Source of the DNA: Bacteroidia bacterium | GTDB taxonomy: Bacteria; Bacteroidota; Bacteroidia; JADZBD01 | Assembly (NCBI GenBank): GCA_020054095.1 | Contig: JAGVMA010000063.1 | Location: 1,397-65,396 of the forward strand | Length of the DNA stretch: 64,000 nucleotides | Direction of reading: 5' to 3' | Part shown: positions 20,954 through 31,213 of the stretch, one piece after another | How the letters are laid out: each line of letters starts with the position of its first letter | Position numbering within the stretch: position 1 is the first letter of the stretch | The notes under the pieces: generated by a model | Databases searched by the model: none | Told to the model about the DNA's origin: nothing | Seen by the model: the letters and a program-made list of their open reading frames with translations, nothing else | Position numbers and translations under genes: made by a program

Positions 20954-22234
20954 ATGAATTACCAAAACAGTTTACAGTTTGCAATTGAACAAGACCGTAA
21001 CGACAAATTAAAATCTTACCGCAATAAATTTTATTTTCCGATTATAAACGGAAAGGAGGCCATCTATTTTACCGGAAATTCTTTGGGTTTACAGCCAAAG
21101 TCAACTCAAGATTATGTTTTAAAAGAATTGGAAGATTGGGCAACTCACGGAGTTGAAGGGCATTTTTTGGCACGTAATCCCTGGTTTTCCTATCATGAAA
21201 TGTTTGCCAATCCGCTTGCGAAAATTGTGGGCGCTTTGCCAAGCGAAGTTGTGGTGATGAACCAGCTTACAAGTAATTTACATTTTTTGATGGCATCGTT
21301 TTACAAACCTACTGCACAAAGATTTAAAATTATTTGCGAAGCCAAAGCTTTTCCTTCCGACCAATATGCAATTGAAACACAAGTGAAATTCCACGGCTAC
21401 AATCCCGATGAAACAATTGTGGAAATTAATCCCCGAAAGGGCGAACACACAATAAGAACAGAAGATATTTTAAAAGCTATTAACGATAATAAAGATGCTC
21501 TGGCACTTGTGTTAATTGGAGGCGTAAATTATTTAACAGGTCAGTTATTCGAGATTGAAAAAATTACAGCAGCGGCACATAGTGTGGGCGCTTATGCCGG
21601 TTACGATTTAGCGCATGCTACTGGAAACATAAAATTAGAATTACATAAATGGAATGTGGATTTTGCATGCTGGTGTTCTTACAAATATTTAAACTCAGGG
21701 CCGGGATGCGTTGGTGGTGCATTTGTTCATGAAAAACATCACTCTGCAAAATTACCCCGACTTGGTGGTTGGTGGGGGCACAACAAGCAAAGCCGTTTTA
21801 AAATGGAGAAAGGTTTTGATCCCATTCAATCTGCCGAAGCATGGCAGCTAAGTAACGCTCCTGTGGTTGCAATGGCTTGCCACAAAGCGGCTATAGATAT
21901 TTTTGACGAGGCAGGGATGGATATTCTTTGCGATAAACGCGATAAACTTACCGGCTACTTAGAGTACATTGTTAATTGTATTAACACAGAAATAAAAAAC
22001 AACAACTATAAATTAGAAATAATTACACCTGCCGATAAAAATCAGCGCGGCTGTCAATTATCAATTGTAGCTCATGGATTAGGCAAAGATTTACACAAGC
22101 AGCTTTCGGAAAACGGAGTGATTGCCGATTGGCGCGAGCCAAATGTAATACGATGCGCACCCGTGCCGTTGTATAATTCATTTGAAGATGTTTTCAGGTT
22201 TGGCGAAATTTTGAAAACACTATTAAACAAATAA
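20954..22234 (+). CDS. kynU: Kynureninase
   Basis: YFTGNSLGLQPK, AFPSDQY, DLAHATGN, WCSYKYLNSGPG (PLP Lys); ATG at 20954. Confidence 0.96.
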   Translation: MNYQNSLQFAIEQDRNDKLKSYRNKFYFPIINGKEAIYFTGNSLGLQPKSTQDYVLKELEDWATHGVEGHFLARNPWFSYHEMFANPLAKIVGALPSEVVVMNQLTSNLHFLMASFYKPTAQRFKIICEAKAFPSDQYAIETQVKFHGYNPDETIVEINPRKGEHTIRTEDILKAINDNKDALALVLIGGVNYLTGQLFEIEKITAAAHSVGAYAGYDLAHATGNIKLELHKWNVDFACWCSYKYLNSGPGCVGGAFVHEKHHSAKLPRLGGWWGHNKQSRFKMEKGFDPIQSAEAWQLSNAPVVAMACHKAAIDIFDEAGMDILCDKRDKLTGYLEYIVNCINTEIKNNNYKLEIITPADKNQRGCQLSIVAHGLGKDLHKQLSENGVIADWREPNVIRCAPVPLYNSFEDVFRFGEILKTLLNK

Positions 22235-22252
22235 TAAAAACAAAAAAATATT

Positions 22253-23473
22253 TTGAAATTCACTGAACTAAATTTAGAAGGAAGTTTGCAAGAAGGTTTG
22301 CATGCGATGGGATTTGAAACACTTACACCTATTCAGGAACAAGCCATACCGGTTATTCTAAACAATACCGATTTAATTGCGTGTGCACAAACCGGCACCG
22401 GAAAAACAGCAGCATTTGTTTTGCCGATTTTAAACAAATTAGCCGCTTCGGGCAACGACTCTACCAACACATTAATTGTGGTACCCACTCGCGAACTTGC
22501 ATTACAAATTGACCAAGCCATTCAGGGTTTCTCCTATTTCACATCCGTTAGCTCACTTGCAATATATGGTGGTAATGATGGAATTATGTTTGAACAGGAA
22601 AAAAAAGCACTTACTAACGGAGCAAATATTATTATAGCTACGCCCGGCAGATTGATGGCGCATTTGAATATGGGCTATGTAAAATTCGACAGTATACAGC
22701 ATTTAATTTTAGATGAGGCCGACCGAATGCTTGATATGGGCTTTGTGGACGACATTGTTAAAATAACAACCTATTTACCAAAGCAACGACAAACATTAAT
22801 GTTTTCGGCAACCATACCGCCAAAAATACGCGAGCTTGCAAAAAAACTGCTCACTAACCCAATTCAAATAAATATTGCAATATCAAAACCGGCTGAAGGA
22901 GTAGTGCAAGGTGCTTACATGACTTACGATTCACAAAAAAATAAACTCATTGAGCATCTTTTAACAGGCAATGATTTAACAAGCGTAATTATATTTTTAT
23001 CAACTAAACAAAATGTAAAAACGCTTGAGCGTGATTTACTAAAAGCCGGAATAAAAGCGAAAGCAGTTCATTCTGATTTAGAACAAGCGGAAAGAGAAAA
23101 TGCATTGCTAAGTTTTAGAAGCAAACAAACACAAGTGCTTGTTGCTACCGATGTACTTTCGCGTGGGATTGACATTGAAGATATTGGCTTGGTAATTAAT
23201 TATGATGTGCCGGGTGATGCCGAAGATTATATTCACCGCATTGGAAGAACTGCCCGCGCGGCTTCTAAGGGAGTTGCCTTAACCTTTATTAACGAGCACG
23301 ACCAGTATAAGTTTTTCAAGATTGAAAACTTGATTGGCTCCGAAATAAAAAAACTACCACTACCCGATGGCTTTGGCGATGCTCCTGCATACAATCCGGA
23401 AGTAAAACCACAAAAAAAATCTTTTCAAAAAAAAAAGTTTTTCAAAAAACGAAACAATAAAAAACAAGCATGA
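22253..23473 (+). CDS. DEAD-box RNA helicase
   Basis: Q motif, AQTGTGKT, PTRELA, DEAD, SAT, HRIGRTAR; basic C-terminal tail; TTG start. Confidence 0.96.
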   Translation: MKFTELNLEGSLQEGLHAMGFETLTPIQEQAIPVILNNTDLIACAQTGTGKTAAFVLPILNKLAASGNDSTNTLIVVPTRELALQIDQAIQGFSYFTSVSSLAIYGGNDGIMFEQEKKALTNGANIIIATPGRLMAHLNMGYVKFDSIQHLILDEADRMLDMGFVDDIVKITTYLPKQRQTLMFSATIPPKIRELAKKLLTNPIQINIAISKPAEGVVQGAYMTYDSQKNKLIEHLLTGNDLTSVIIFLSTKQNVKTLERDLLKAGIKAKAVHSDLEQAERENALLSFRSKQTQVLVATDVLSRGIDIEDIGLVINYDVPGDAEDYIHRIGRTARAASKGVALTFINEHDQYKFFKIENLIGSEIKKLPLPDGFGDAPAYNPEVKPQKKSFQKKKFFKKRNNKKQA

Positions 23474-24813
23474 GTAAAAACGTAACCATTGTTGGTGCAG
23501 GTTTAGTAGGTTCACTTTTATCCATTTATCTTTCTAAAAAAGGATACAACATTAATATTTACGAGCGTAGGGCTGATATGCGAAAGCAAAAAATGAGTGC
23601 CGGAAAATCAATTAACCTTGCATTAAGCGACAGAGGTTGGCGCGGATTAGAAGGCGTTGGAATTGCAGATGAAGTGAAAAAAATTGCCATTCCGATGTAT
23701 GGAAGATATATCCATAATAAAGATGGCAGCACAGCGTTTCAGCCCTACGGGAAAAAAGAGCAAGCCATCTATTCAGTATCAAGAGCGGAAATAAATATGA
23801 AGCTGATGGACCTTGCTGAACAAAACTCAAATGTGAAATTACATTTTGATGAACGATGCACATCAATAGAAAGGCAATCACTCACCGCCCATTTCGAAAA
23901 CAATATCACCAAGCAATTATCAGAAACAAAAGGTGATTTGCTCTTTGGTGCCGATGGTGCATTTGCAGCATCGCGCTTGAACATGCAATTAAGTACCGAT
24001 AGATTTGAGTACAACCAACATTATATTACAGCCGGTTATAAAGAGCTAATAATACCTCCGGGCGATAGCGGTAAATTTTTAATTGAAAAAAATGCGCTCC
24101 ATATTTGGCCACGCGGAAGTTTCATGATGATTGCTTTACCCAACCTGGATGGCAATTTTACCTGCACATTATTTTTACCTTTTGAAGGCGAAAAATCGTT
24201 TGCAAATTTAAAAACAAGAAAAGAAGTAAAAAGATTTTTTGAAACCGAATTCCCGGATGCCGTTCCATTAATGCCAACATTGATTGATGATTTTTTTGCT
24301 AATCCAACTTCATCACTAGTTACTGTAAAATGTTTTCCATGGACATTTGATAACCGAATTGCTTTAATTGGCGATGCTGCTCATGCCATTGTTCCATTTT
24401 TTGGACAAGGTATGAATTGTGGTTTTGAAGATTGCGTAGTTCTTAATCAGTTAGTAGAAAAACACAATCATAACTGGGAAAATATTTTGGCTGAATACGA
24501 GCAATTGCGAAAACCAGATGGCGATGCCATTGCTGATTTGGCCATTGGTAACTTTATTGAAATGCGCGATAAAACTGCTGATCCGAAGTTTTTATTACAG
24601 AAAAAAATTGAGGCGCGGTTTTCAGAAAAATATCCCGAAAAATGGATTCCACTTTATAGTATGGTTACATACAGCCCACACATAAGATATTCTACAGCAC
24701 TAAAAGAAGGAATGAGGCAAGAGAAAATTATGCAGCAAATTATGCAATTGCCAAATATTGATACAACATGGAACAGTTCGCAAGTAGAGGAAAAAATACT
24801 TAGCTTACTATAA
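23470..24813 (+). CDS. kmo: Kynurenine 3-monooxygenase
   Basis: GAGLVG, SINLALSDRG, LHIWPRG, GDAAHAIVPFFGQGMNCGFED. Confidence 0.95.
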   Translation: MSKNVTIVGAGLVGSLLSIYLSKKGYNINIYERRADMRKQKMSAGKSINLALSDRGWRGLEGVGIADEVKKIAIPMYGRYIHNKDGSTAFQPYGKKEQAIYSVSRAEINMKLMDLAEQNSNVKLHFDERCTSIERQSLTAHFENNITKQLSETKGDLLFGADGAFAASRLNMQLSTDRFEYNQHYITAGYKELIIPPGDSGKFLIEKNALHIWPRGSFMMIALPNLDGNFTCTLFLPFEGEKSFANLKTRKEVKRFFETEFPDAVPLMPTLIDDFFANPTSSLVTVKCFPWTFDNRIALIGDAAHAIVPFFGQGMNCGFEDCVVLNQLVEKHNHNWENILAEYEQLRKPDGDAIADLAIGNFIEMRDKTADPKFLLQKKIEARFSEKYPEKWIPLYSMVTYSPHIRYSTALKEGMRQEKIMQQIMQLPNIDTTWNSSQVEEKILSLL

Positions 24814-25137
24814 ATGATTTATGAAAACAAACCACTGTTGGTAAAAATACTTTTTGCAAACACTTACAAAAAACCAATTTTTGGCATTTACCGACCAAGC
24901 GCATATATAAAAGAATCGGGAAACTTTTGCAGCATTTGTAAATTCGATTTATTTAAAAAAGAAATTGAGCCCGGAAATGATTTGGTGTTTAATATCATTA
25001 TTGAATCGCCAGCAGGTTATGGCGAACATTTAAAGAAAGGCGCACTAATGAGCATTCGTAACGGACTTGATGAAGAAGGCCGAGCACTGATTCTTGAAAT
25101 AATTGGGTATGTGAAAAACGAAAAACACCCTGTTTAA
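24814..25137 (+). CDS. Hypothetical protein resembling an isolated EF-Tu domain III beta-barrel
   Basis: ATG directly after the kmo stop; pattern PIFGIYRP..IEPG..SIRNGLDEEGRALILEII parallels the EF-Tu C-terminal domain. Confidence 0.6.
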   Translation: MIYENKPLLVKILFANTYKKPIFGIYRPSAYIKESGNFCSICKFDLFKKEIEPGNDLVFNIIIESPAGYGEHLKKGALMSIRNGLDEEGRALILEIIGYVKNEKHPV

Positions 25138-25154
25138 ATATAAACAGGGCGTTT
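25123..25154. terminator. Probable bidirectional terminator between the kynU-kmo unit and recA
   Basis: aaacaccctgttta-aata-taaacagggcgttt inverted repeat between convergent genes. Confidence 0.7.
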
Positions 25155-25174
25155 AATTTATATACAAATCTAAA

Positions 25175-26209
25175 CTATGCCGTTACCGGCTCACTCATTT
25201 TTTGTTTTATTCTTGCTTCTATTTCTTCGGCTAATTCCAAATTATCGGCAAACAGTTGCTTAACCGCATCGCGGCCTTGTCCTAATTTCTGGCCTTCGTA
25301 GCTAAACCAAGAGCCGCTTTTTTGGGTAATTCCTGCTTCTACGCCTATGTCTATCACCTCGCCTACTTTTGAAATTCCTTCACCAAAAATTATATCAAAC
25401 TCTGCCATGCGGAAAGGCGGAGCCATTTTATTTTTCACCACTTTAACGCGAGCTCTGTTTCCAACCGCAACATCGCCTTCTTTTATTTGACTGATTCTAC
25501 GAATATCTAATCGTACCGATGCATAAAACTTTAGTGCATTTCCGCCCGTAGTTGTTTCGGGATTACCGAACATAACACCTATTTTTTCGCGCAGCTGGTT
25601 AATGAATATGCAGCAGCAACCTGTTTTGTTAATTGTGCCAGTTAGTTTTCTTAATGCTTGCGACATCAAGCGTGCCTGCAATCCCATTTTGCTTTCGCCC
25701 ATTTCGCCTTCTATTTCGGCTTTGGGAGTGAGCGCTGCTACTGAGTCAATCACCACAATATCTACTGCGCCAGAACGAATGAGGTTATCTGCAATTTCCA
25801 ATGCTTGCTCGCCATTATCGGGCTGCGATATTAAAAGTTCTTCTAAATCGCAGCCTAATTTTTGTGCATAAAAACGGTCGAACGCATGCTCAGCATCAAT
25901 AATTGCAGCTATGCCGCCAGCCTTTTGTACACTTGCTATTGCGTGTATTGCTAATGTGGTTTTACCAGATGACTCAGGACCATAAATTTCTATAACACGT
26001 CCTTTGGGATAGCCGCCAATGCCAAGTGCAACATCAAGTCCGAGTGAGCCGGTAGGAATAGATTCTACTTTTTCAATGGCTTCGTCATCCATTTTCATAA
26101 TGGTTCCTTTGCCATAAGTTTTCTCCAGCTTATCCAATGTTAATTGTAACGCTTTTAATTTTTCTTTACTTACACTGTCTTTTTCTTTTGCTTCTTCTTT
26201 TTTGCTCAT
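25175..26209 (-). CDS. recA: Recombinase RecA
   Basis: [38 protein letters not shown]. Confidence 0.99.
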   Translation of the reverse strand: MSKKEEAKEKDSVSKEKLKALQLTLDKLEKTYGKGTIMKMDDEAIEKVESIPTGSLGLDVALGIGGYPKGRVIEIYGPESSGKTTLAIHAIASVQKAGGIAAIIDAEHAFDRFYAQKLGCDLEELLISQPDNGEQALEIADNLIRSGAVDIVVIDSVAALTPKAEIEGEMGESKMGLQARLMSQALRKLTGTINKTGCCCIFINQLREKIGVMFGNPETTTGGNALKFYASVRLDIRRISQIKEGDVAVGNRARVKVVKNKMAPPFRMAEFDIIFGEGISKVGEVIDIGVEAGITQKSGSWFSYEGQKLGQGRDAVKQLFADNLELAEEIEARIKQKMSEPVTA

Positions 26210-26270
26210 GATAATAAATTTTAATGATTGGTTGAATTATTGAATTGTCATTATTTAGGTATTCTGTTTT

Positions 26271-26738
26271 TTAATTTAAGATTTGAGATGTATGGTTTTC
26301 GGTGTCTATTTCTGTGATTATTTTTTCGATGGTTGAATTTTCTGAAATGAGAAATGTGGTGCGCACAATGCCTTCCATCCATTTGCCAAAAATATTTTTC
26401 ATTCCCCACACATCGTAAGCATTTATTATTTCTTTGTTCACATCGGCTATTAACGAAAAAGGCAGATTATACTTTAAAGCAAATTTACTATGCGATTTTT
26501 CGTCATCGGCACTTATACCTATGACTTGGTATCCTGTTTCTAAAAGCAAATCATAGTTATCTCGCAAGTTACACGATTGTGCAGTGCAACCAAGTGTATC
26601 GTCTTTCGGATAAAAATAGATAATTAATTTTTTGCCTTTAAAATCACTCAAACTAATAATTTTTCCGTGCTGATTATTGCCCGAAAATGAAGGTGCGTGA
26701 GCGCCTGTGGTAAGCCGTGTTATATGTTTTTCTTGCAT
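26271..26738 (-). CDS. bcp: Thioredoxin-dependent peroxiredoxin BCP
   Basis: YFYPKDDTLGCTAQSC (PxxxTxxC plus resolving Cys), RTTFLI; ATG at 26738. Confidence 0.9.
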   Translation of the reverse strand: MQEKHITRLTTGAHAPSFSGNNQHGKIISLSDFKGKKLIIYFYPKDDTLGCTAQSCNLRDNYDLLLETGYQVIGISADDEKSHSKFALKYNLPFSLIADVNKEIINAYDVWGMKNIFGKWMEGIVRTTFLISENSTIEKIITEIDTENHTSQILN

Positions 26739-26811
26739 TTCCACTCTTATACAAATTACATAAAACTTTAGCTAATTACAACAGTGTATTTATTAACAAT
26801 ATGCTCCAAAT

Positions 26812-26848
26812 GCAAAAGCCCCGTGCTTATTCGGCAAAGGGCTTTTGT
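26812..26848 (-). terminator. Intrinsic terminator after the 26865-27293 gene
   Basis: gcaaaagccc ... gggcttttgt inverted repeat. Confidence 0.65.
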
Positions 26849-26864
26849 AGATAGTCCTTATAAA

Positions 26865-27293
26865 TTATTTTCCTGAAGGATTAGTGTTTACGTTATTAAC
26901 GCTCGCTTTTATTTCCCACAATTGCCAGTTGGTATCAAATTTATACCAAGTGCCATCAGGAGCTTCCCACTTCATTTCTGCCATTGCAGTCCAAGTTGTT
27001 CCATTGTCAGTGCTTTGTTTTAAGGCATTGCCCTCTTTTTTAATTAAAGCGCCTGCTTTGTTTTCCCAAGTAGGAACAAAGTTTTTAGGATTGCGCCAAT
27101 TTTTGCCATCGGGCGATACTATAATGCCATCGGGCACCATTTTAAAAAACATGGTTTTACCTTTCCACATATTATCTGCCGATTTTACCCAGTTTTCGGT
27201 AATTACCGATGATTTAGGAATTGCATTAGCAACTGCGCTAACACTTGTAAACATTAGAGCCAAAGCCCCGAAGAATAGAATTGCTTTTTTCAT
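26865..27293 (-). CDS. Secreted Trp-rich repeat protein with two Asp-box-like motifs
   Basis: Signal peptide MKKAILFFGALAL; SPDGKNW and STDNGTTW; own terminator. Confidence 0.75.
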   Translation of the reverse strand: MKKAILFFGALALMFTSVSAVANAIPKSSVITENWVKSADNMWKGKTMFFKMVPDGIIVSPDGKNWRNPKNFVPTWENKAGALIKKEGNALKQSTDNGTTWTAMAEMKWEAPDGTWYKFDTNWQLWEIKASVNNVNTNPSGK

Positions 27294-27382
27294 TTTTATG
27301 TTTTTTTAGTTGAGGGTTTCGTTTTAATTATTGTGCAATTTACATATAAATTTTAAAAAATAGTTTTTTATTTCATCTTTTT

Positions 27383-28087
27383 TTAGGGCGTAGATAACGA
27401 AACAGGTATGACTTTTCCGTTAATAAACGTAGCGTTATTAACTGCAAATTTGTAAATAAAATCTGCCATTTTATTTGCCGATAGCGGTGCTTTGTAGCCG
27501 GGAAAAGCTTTTTCCAACATCTCCGTTTGCACCGCACCTAAGCACAAACAGTTTACGGCAATTTTATCGGATTTCAGCTCTTCGGCCAAACATTCAGACA
27601 AAATTGCTAATGCTCCTTTGCTTGATGAGTAGGCGCTCAATCCTTTAAACTTGGCACTACCTTGGTAGCCACCCATGCTTCCAATATTTACAACATGTGC
27701 TTGGTGCGATTTTTTTAAGAATGGTAACAAACTTTGTATAAGAAAGAAAGGTGAAAAAACATTTACCGAAAACACCTCTTGCAAATTCTTTGCCGTAATT
27801 TCATTGAAAGGTTTATTAACGATAGCGCCTGCGTTGTTAATAAGCACATCCACGCTATCAAGGTACTTATTTATTTCTACAAGTATGTTATCGGCAGACA
27901 TATTAGTTAAGTCGGCAGCTATGGGATAAACTTTTGATTGGGGATGAACCTTGTTATTTCTGTCGGCAATGGTTTTTAGTAAAACGGAATTACGAGCAAT
28001 GGCAACTATTTTATTACCATTAGCAGCCGCAATATTCACCATCTGCTCGCCTATTCCTTTTGATGCGCCTGTTATTAATATGTTCAT
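27383..28087 (-). CDS. SDR family oxidoreductase
   Basis: TGASKGIG, NNAG, YSSSK catalytic motif. Confidence 0.93.
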   Translation of the reverse strand: MNILITGASKGIGEQMVNIAAANGNKIVAIARNSVLLKTIADRNNKVHPQSKVYPIAADLTNMSADNILVEINKYLDSVDVLINNAGAIVNKPFNEITAKNLQEVFSVNVFSPFFLIQSLLPFLKKSHQAHVVNIGSMGGYQGSAKFKGLSAYSSSKGALAILSECLAEELKSDKIAVNCLCLGAVQTEMLEKAFPGYKAPLSANKMADFIYKFAVNNATFINGKVIPVSLSTP

Positions 28088-28123
28088 AGAGTAGTTATTT
28101 TTACCCGAAATTATTAACTTTAC

Positions 28124-28669
28124 ATGAGCAAATCACAGCACATGAAATTTATTTATTGCCTACTCATCAGTTTATTTTCTGTAACCGCTATGGCGCAGTT
28201 TTACGATCCGGATGAATCAATCAATGGCGAGCCGTGGCTTAGCTGGAAACGCGTTTACACCGGTGGTCAGTTGGGCTTAAGTTTCGGGCAGTTAACATTT
28301 ATAAATATTTCGCCCGATTTTGGTTACCGCATCACCGATAGATTTTCGGCAGGTTTAGGCCCTATTTATATTTCATATAAAGACAACCGCCCACCTGTTT
28401 ATTCCATAAAAATGTATGGCGGTAAAGTTTTCGCGCGCATGGATTTATTCAAATTTTTATTCGCACATACCGAGTATCAAATGTTGAATGTGCCGAGCTT
28501 TAATTTTGTTGACCAACGATTATGGTTAAATAATGTGTGGGCCGGTGGTGGTCTATCGCAAGGCAGCGGCCCTATGCGTTTCTTTATTATGGCACTGTGG
28601 AATTTAGGTCCCGATGATAGTATTTTCCGTAGTCCGCAAATAACTGGCGGGGTGGGTATTGGTTTATAA
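28124..28669 (+). CDS. Putative small outer-membrane beta-barrel protein
   Basis: Signal peptide, Gly/aromatic alternating strands, C-terminal GGVGIGL. Confidence 0.65.
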   Translation: MSKSQHMKFIYCLLISLFSVTAMAQFYDPDESINGEPWLSWKRVYTGGQLGLSFGQLTFINISPDFGYRITDRFSAGLGPIYISYKDNRPPVYSIKMYGGKVFARMDLFKFLFAHTEYQMLNVPSFNFVDQRLWLNNVWAGGGLSQGSGPMRFFIMALWNLGPDDSIFRSPQITGGVGIGL

Positions 28670-28733
28670 ATTTATAGACCAACAGTGCTTTTTATCCGAC
28701 AAATTTCTTTATTTTAGCGCAAAACCCCCTAAA

Positions 28734-31202
28734 ATGAAGAACTTATTACTTGCTATCGCATCTTTGCTATGCTCTGCATTTATCGCCAATGCCCGAAATG
28801 ACGAAAACCTTTTAAATCCATACACTCGATATTTCGATGATGCATATTTGGAACACCCCAATTTACCGAAAGGAGTATTAGAAGCTGTGGCATTTTGTAA
28901 CACACGTTTCTCACATTTAACTAACTACGAAGCAGAGAGTTGCATCGGTATACCTAAAGCATATACAGTGATGGGCTTAACTCTTGATGGCAAAAACTAC
29001 TTTAAAAACAACCTTCAATATGTTAGTAGCTTAAGTGGAATTTCTGTTAATGAAATGTTACAATCGCCACAAAAAAGTATTTTGGCTTATGCAAAAGCAC
29101 TAAGCGTTTTATTAGAGATAAACAAAAACACTGTTTCAAAAAATTACCAATTAACTGTAAATGACTTGGCAGATGCATTGGTAACATTATCTGAACTGCC
29201 TCACGAAAATGCTAACCAATACTTTGCAGTTTACACACAACTTTATGGCTTTTTAAGTTTTATGACTGATCTAAAAAATCAAGAAATCTACAATTTCCCA
29301 AATCCGGATTATGACTTACCTGCCTATTTTGGAAGCAACTATGCTATCCTTTCTGCAAAGCATATCACTCTATCCGAAAAAGAAATAAAAGACGAAAACG
29401 GCAATACTTTTAAAATTGAAAATCCGATAAATAGTATTCAAACTGTCGATTACCCCCCTGCACTCTGGGTAGCGGCCAACTCTAATAATTTTAGTACCTA
29501 TCGCGGGGCATCGGTTTCGGCAGTTACCATCCATTTTGTACAAGGGAGTTACTCGAGTTGTATTAGTTGGTTTCAAAATCCATCTGCCGGTGTATCGGCA
29601 CATTATGTTTTGCGCAGCAGCGATGGACAAGTAACACAAATGGTTTTGGAAGCGCATCGTGCTTTTCATGTGGGCACCGAAAATCCTTACACCGTAGGAT
29701 TAGAGCACGAGGGATATGTTTCGCAACAATCGTGGTACACACAAGCTATGTATCAATCATCAGCAGCACTAACGGCAGATATTTGTGCAGACTATGGCAT
29801 CAATCCGCTGCGCACTGGTTTTTACCCGTGGTTACCTACTACTTATTATAATCAATCATCAATACCCGGCTCATGCACCAAAGTAAAAGGGCACATGCAC
29901 TACCCCAACCAAACGAATACCGACCCAGGGCCATACTGGGACTGGAATAAGTATTATATGCTTATAAACACACCACCCGCTGCCACAGTTTACACAAGTG
30001 CATCGGGTAATTTTTACGACTCAGGTGGCTCAAGTGGAAATTACAGCGATGACGAACGAATAGTTTGGCAAATTGCACCCACCAATGCTACACAAGTTAC
30101 AATCACGTTTAACTCATTCAGCACCGAAAATACTTGGGATTATTTATACATCTATGATGGCAGTTCGGTAAACGCACCATTGATTGGATATTACACCGGC
30201 ACAAATTCACCCGGCACTATCACATCAAGCGGAGGCGAGTTAACAGTAGAGTTTCGCAGCGACTGTGCCACTACTAGTGCAGGTTGGAATGCAAGTTGGA
30301 CAAGCAATACGAGTAATAATGTTCCTACAAATTTATCGGTGAGTTCAAATGCGTGTCCGCAAATAGGTGTTACATTAAGTTGGCAAAACCAAGGTGCAGG
30401 CTGGTTTGTAGATGTATCTGACAATCCAAACTTTACTACGTTTTATAACAAAAGTGTTGCCAATGCTACATCAGTTGGATGCCCAGGAAGTTTTGAATTG
30501 TATCCATCGCAAGGTGTTTATCTGCAATTTATACCAAACACCACTTACTACTGGCGCGTGTGGGATGGCACAAATTTATATGCCGGCAATTCATTTACTA
30601 CACCCGTGTGTGCTACAACTAATACAAATTGCACAGGTAACATTTATGATACAGGGGGGCCGAGCAATCCACATTCGGGTAACGAAGATTATACGTACAC
30701 CATTCAACCAACAAATGCACAAAACGTAACTATAAATTTTTCGGCATTTGATTTAGAAGCGGGTTACGATTCGTTATACATTCATGATGGTTCAACCATT
30801 AATGCTCCCCTGATTGGTGGCTATACAGGTACCAATTCTCCTGGCAATATAACATCGAGCGGTGGTGCAATTACTTTGCACTTTGTTTCTGATCCATTTG
30901 TAAACAATGCAGGGTTCTCAGCCACATGGCAATGTTCGCTACTATCTTCTTTGGGAAGCTACAATACAACTACTGACTTTAGTGTTTTCCCTAATCCCAC
31001 TAGCGGAATTACAACTATTGTTAGTAGTAAAAAAATTAACAGCATACAAGTAATTAATGCACTTGGCGAAGTGGTTTTAACACAAGCGGTAAATGCAACC
31101 GATAACACTCTAATTGATCTGTCAAACTTGCCCGCAGCGATTTACTTGATAAAAGCAGACGTTAGCGGCATAGAAGTAGTTAGAATAATAACGAAACAAT
31201 AA
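28734..31202 (+). CDS. T9SS-secreted N-acetylmuramoyl-L-alanine amidase (Amidase_2) with two CUB domains and a type A CTD
   Basis: ATG at 28734 with signal peptide; TIHFVQG, SAHY, AFHVG, GLEHEG, DPGPYWDW; two CUB repeats (DYLYIYDG, DSLYIHDG); VFPNPT..GEVV..IYLIK CTD. Confidence 0.88.
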   Translation: MKNLLLAIASLLCSAFIANARNDENLLNPYTRYFDDAYLEHPNLPKGVLEAVAFCNTRFSHLTNYEAESCIGIPKAYTVMGLTLDGKNYFKNNLQYVSSLSGISVNEMLQSPQKSILAYAKALSVLLEINKNTVSKNYQLTVNDLADALVTLSELPHENANQYFAVYTQLYGFLSFMTDLKNQEIYNFPNPDYDLPAYFGSNYAILSAKHITLSEKEIKDENGNTFKIENPINSIQTVDYPPALWVAANSNNFSTYRGASVSAVTIHFVQGSYSSCISWFQNPSAGVSAHYVLRSSDGQVTQMVLEAHRAFHVGTENPYTVGLEHEGYVSQQSWYTQAMYQSSAALTADICADYGINPLRTGFYPWLPTTYYNQSSIPGSCTKVKGHMHYPNQTNTDPGPYWDWNKYYMLINTPPAATVYTSASGNFYDSGGSSGNYSDDERIVWQIAPTNATQVTITFNSFSTENTWDYLYIYDGSSVNAPLIGYYTGTNSPGTITSSGGELTVEFRSDCATTSAGWNASWTSNTSNNVPTNLSVSSNACPQIGVTLSWQNQGAGWFVDVSDNPNFTTFYNKSVANATSVGCPGSFELYPSQGVYLQFIPNTTYYWRVWDGTNLYAGNSFTTPVCATTNTNCTGNIYDTGGPSNPHSGNEDYTYTIQPTNAQNVTINFSAFDLEAGYDSLYIHDGSTINAPLIGGYTGTNSPGNITSSGGAITLHFVSDPFVNNAGFSATWQCSLLSSLGSYNTTTDFSVFPNPTSGITTIVSSKKINSIQVINALGEVVLTQAVNATDNTLIDLSNLPAAIYLIKADVSGIEVVRIITKQ

Positions 31203-31213
31203 TTTATCGCACT

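Noticed and set aside
26586-26600. BCP has TLGC instead of the usual TPGC
   Set aside because: The PxxxTxxC motif and resolving Cys are intact; a single substitution or base error is too weak to call
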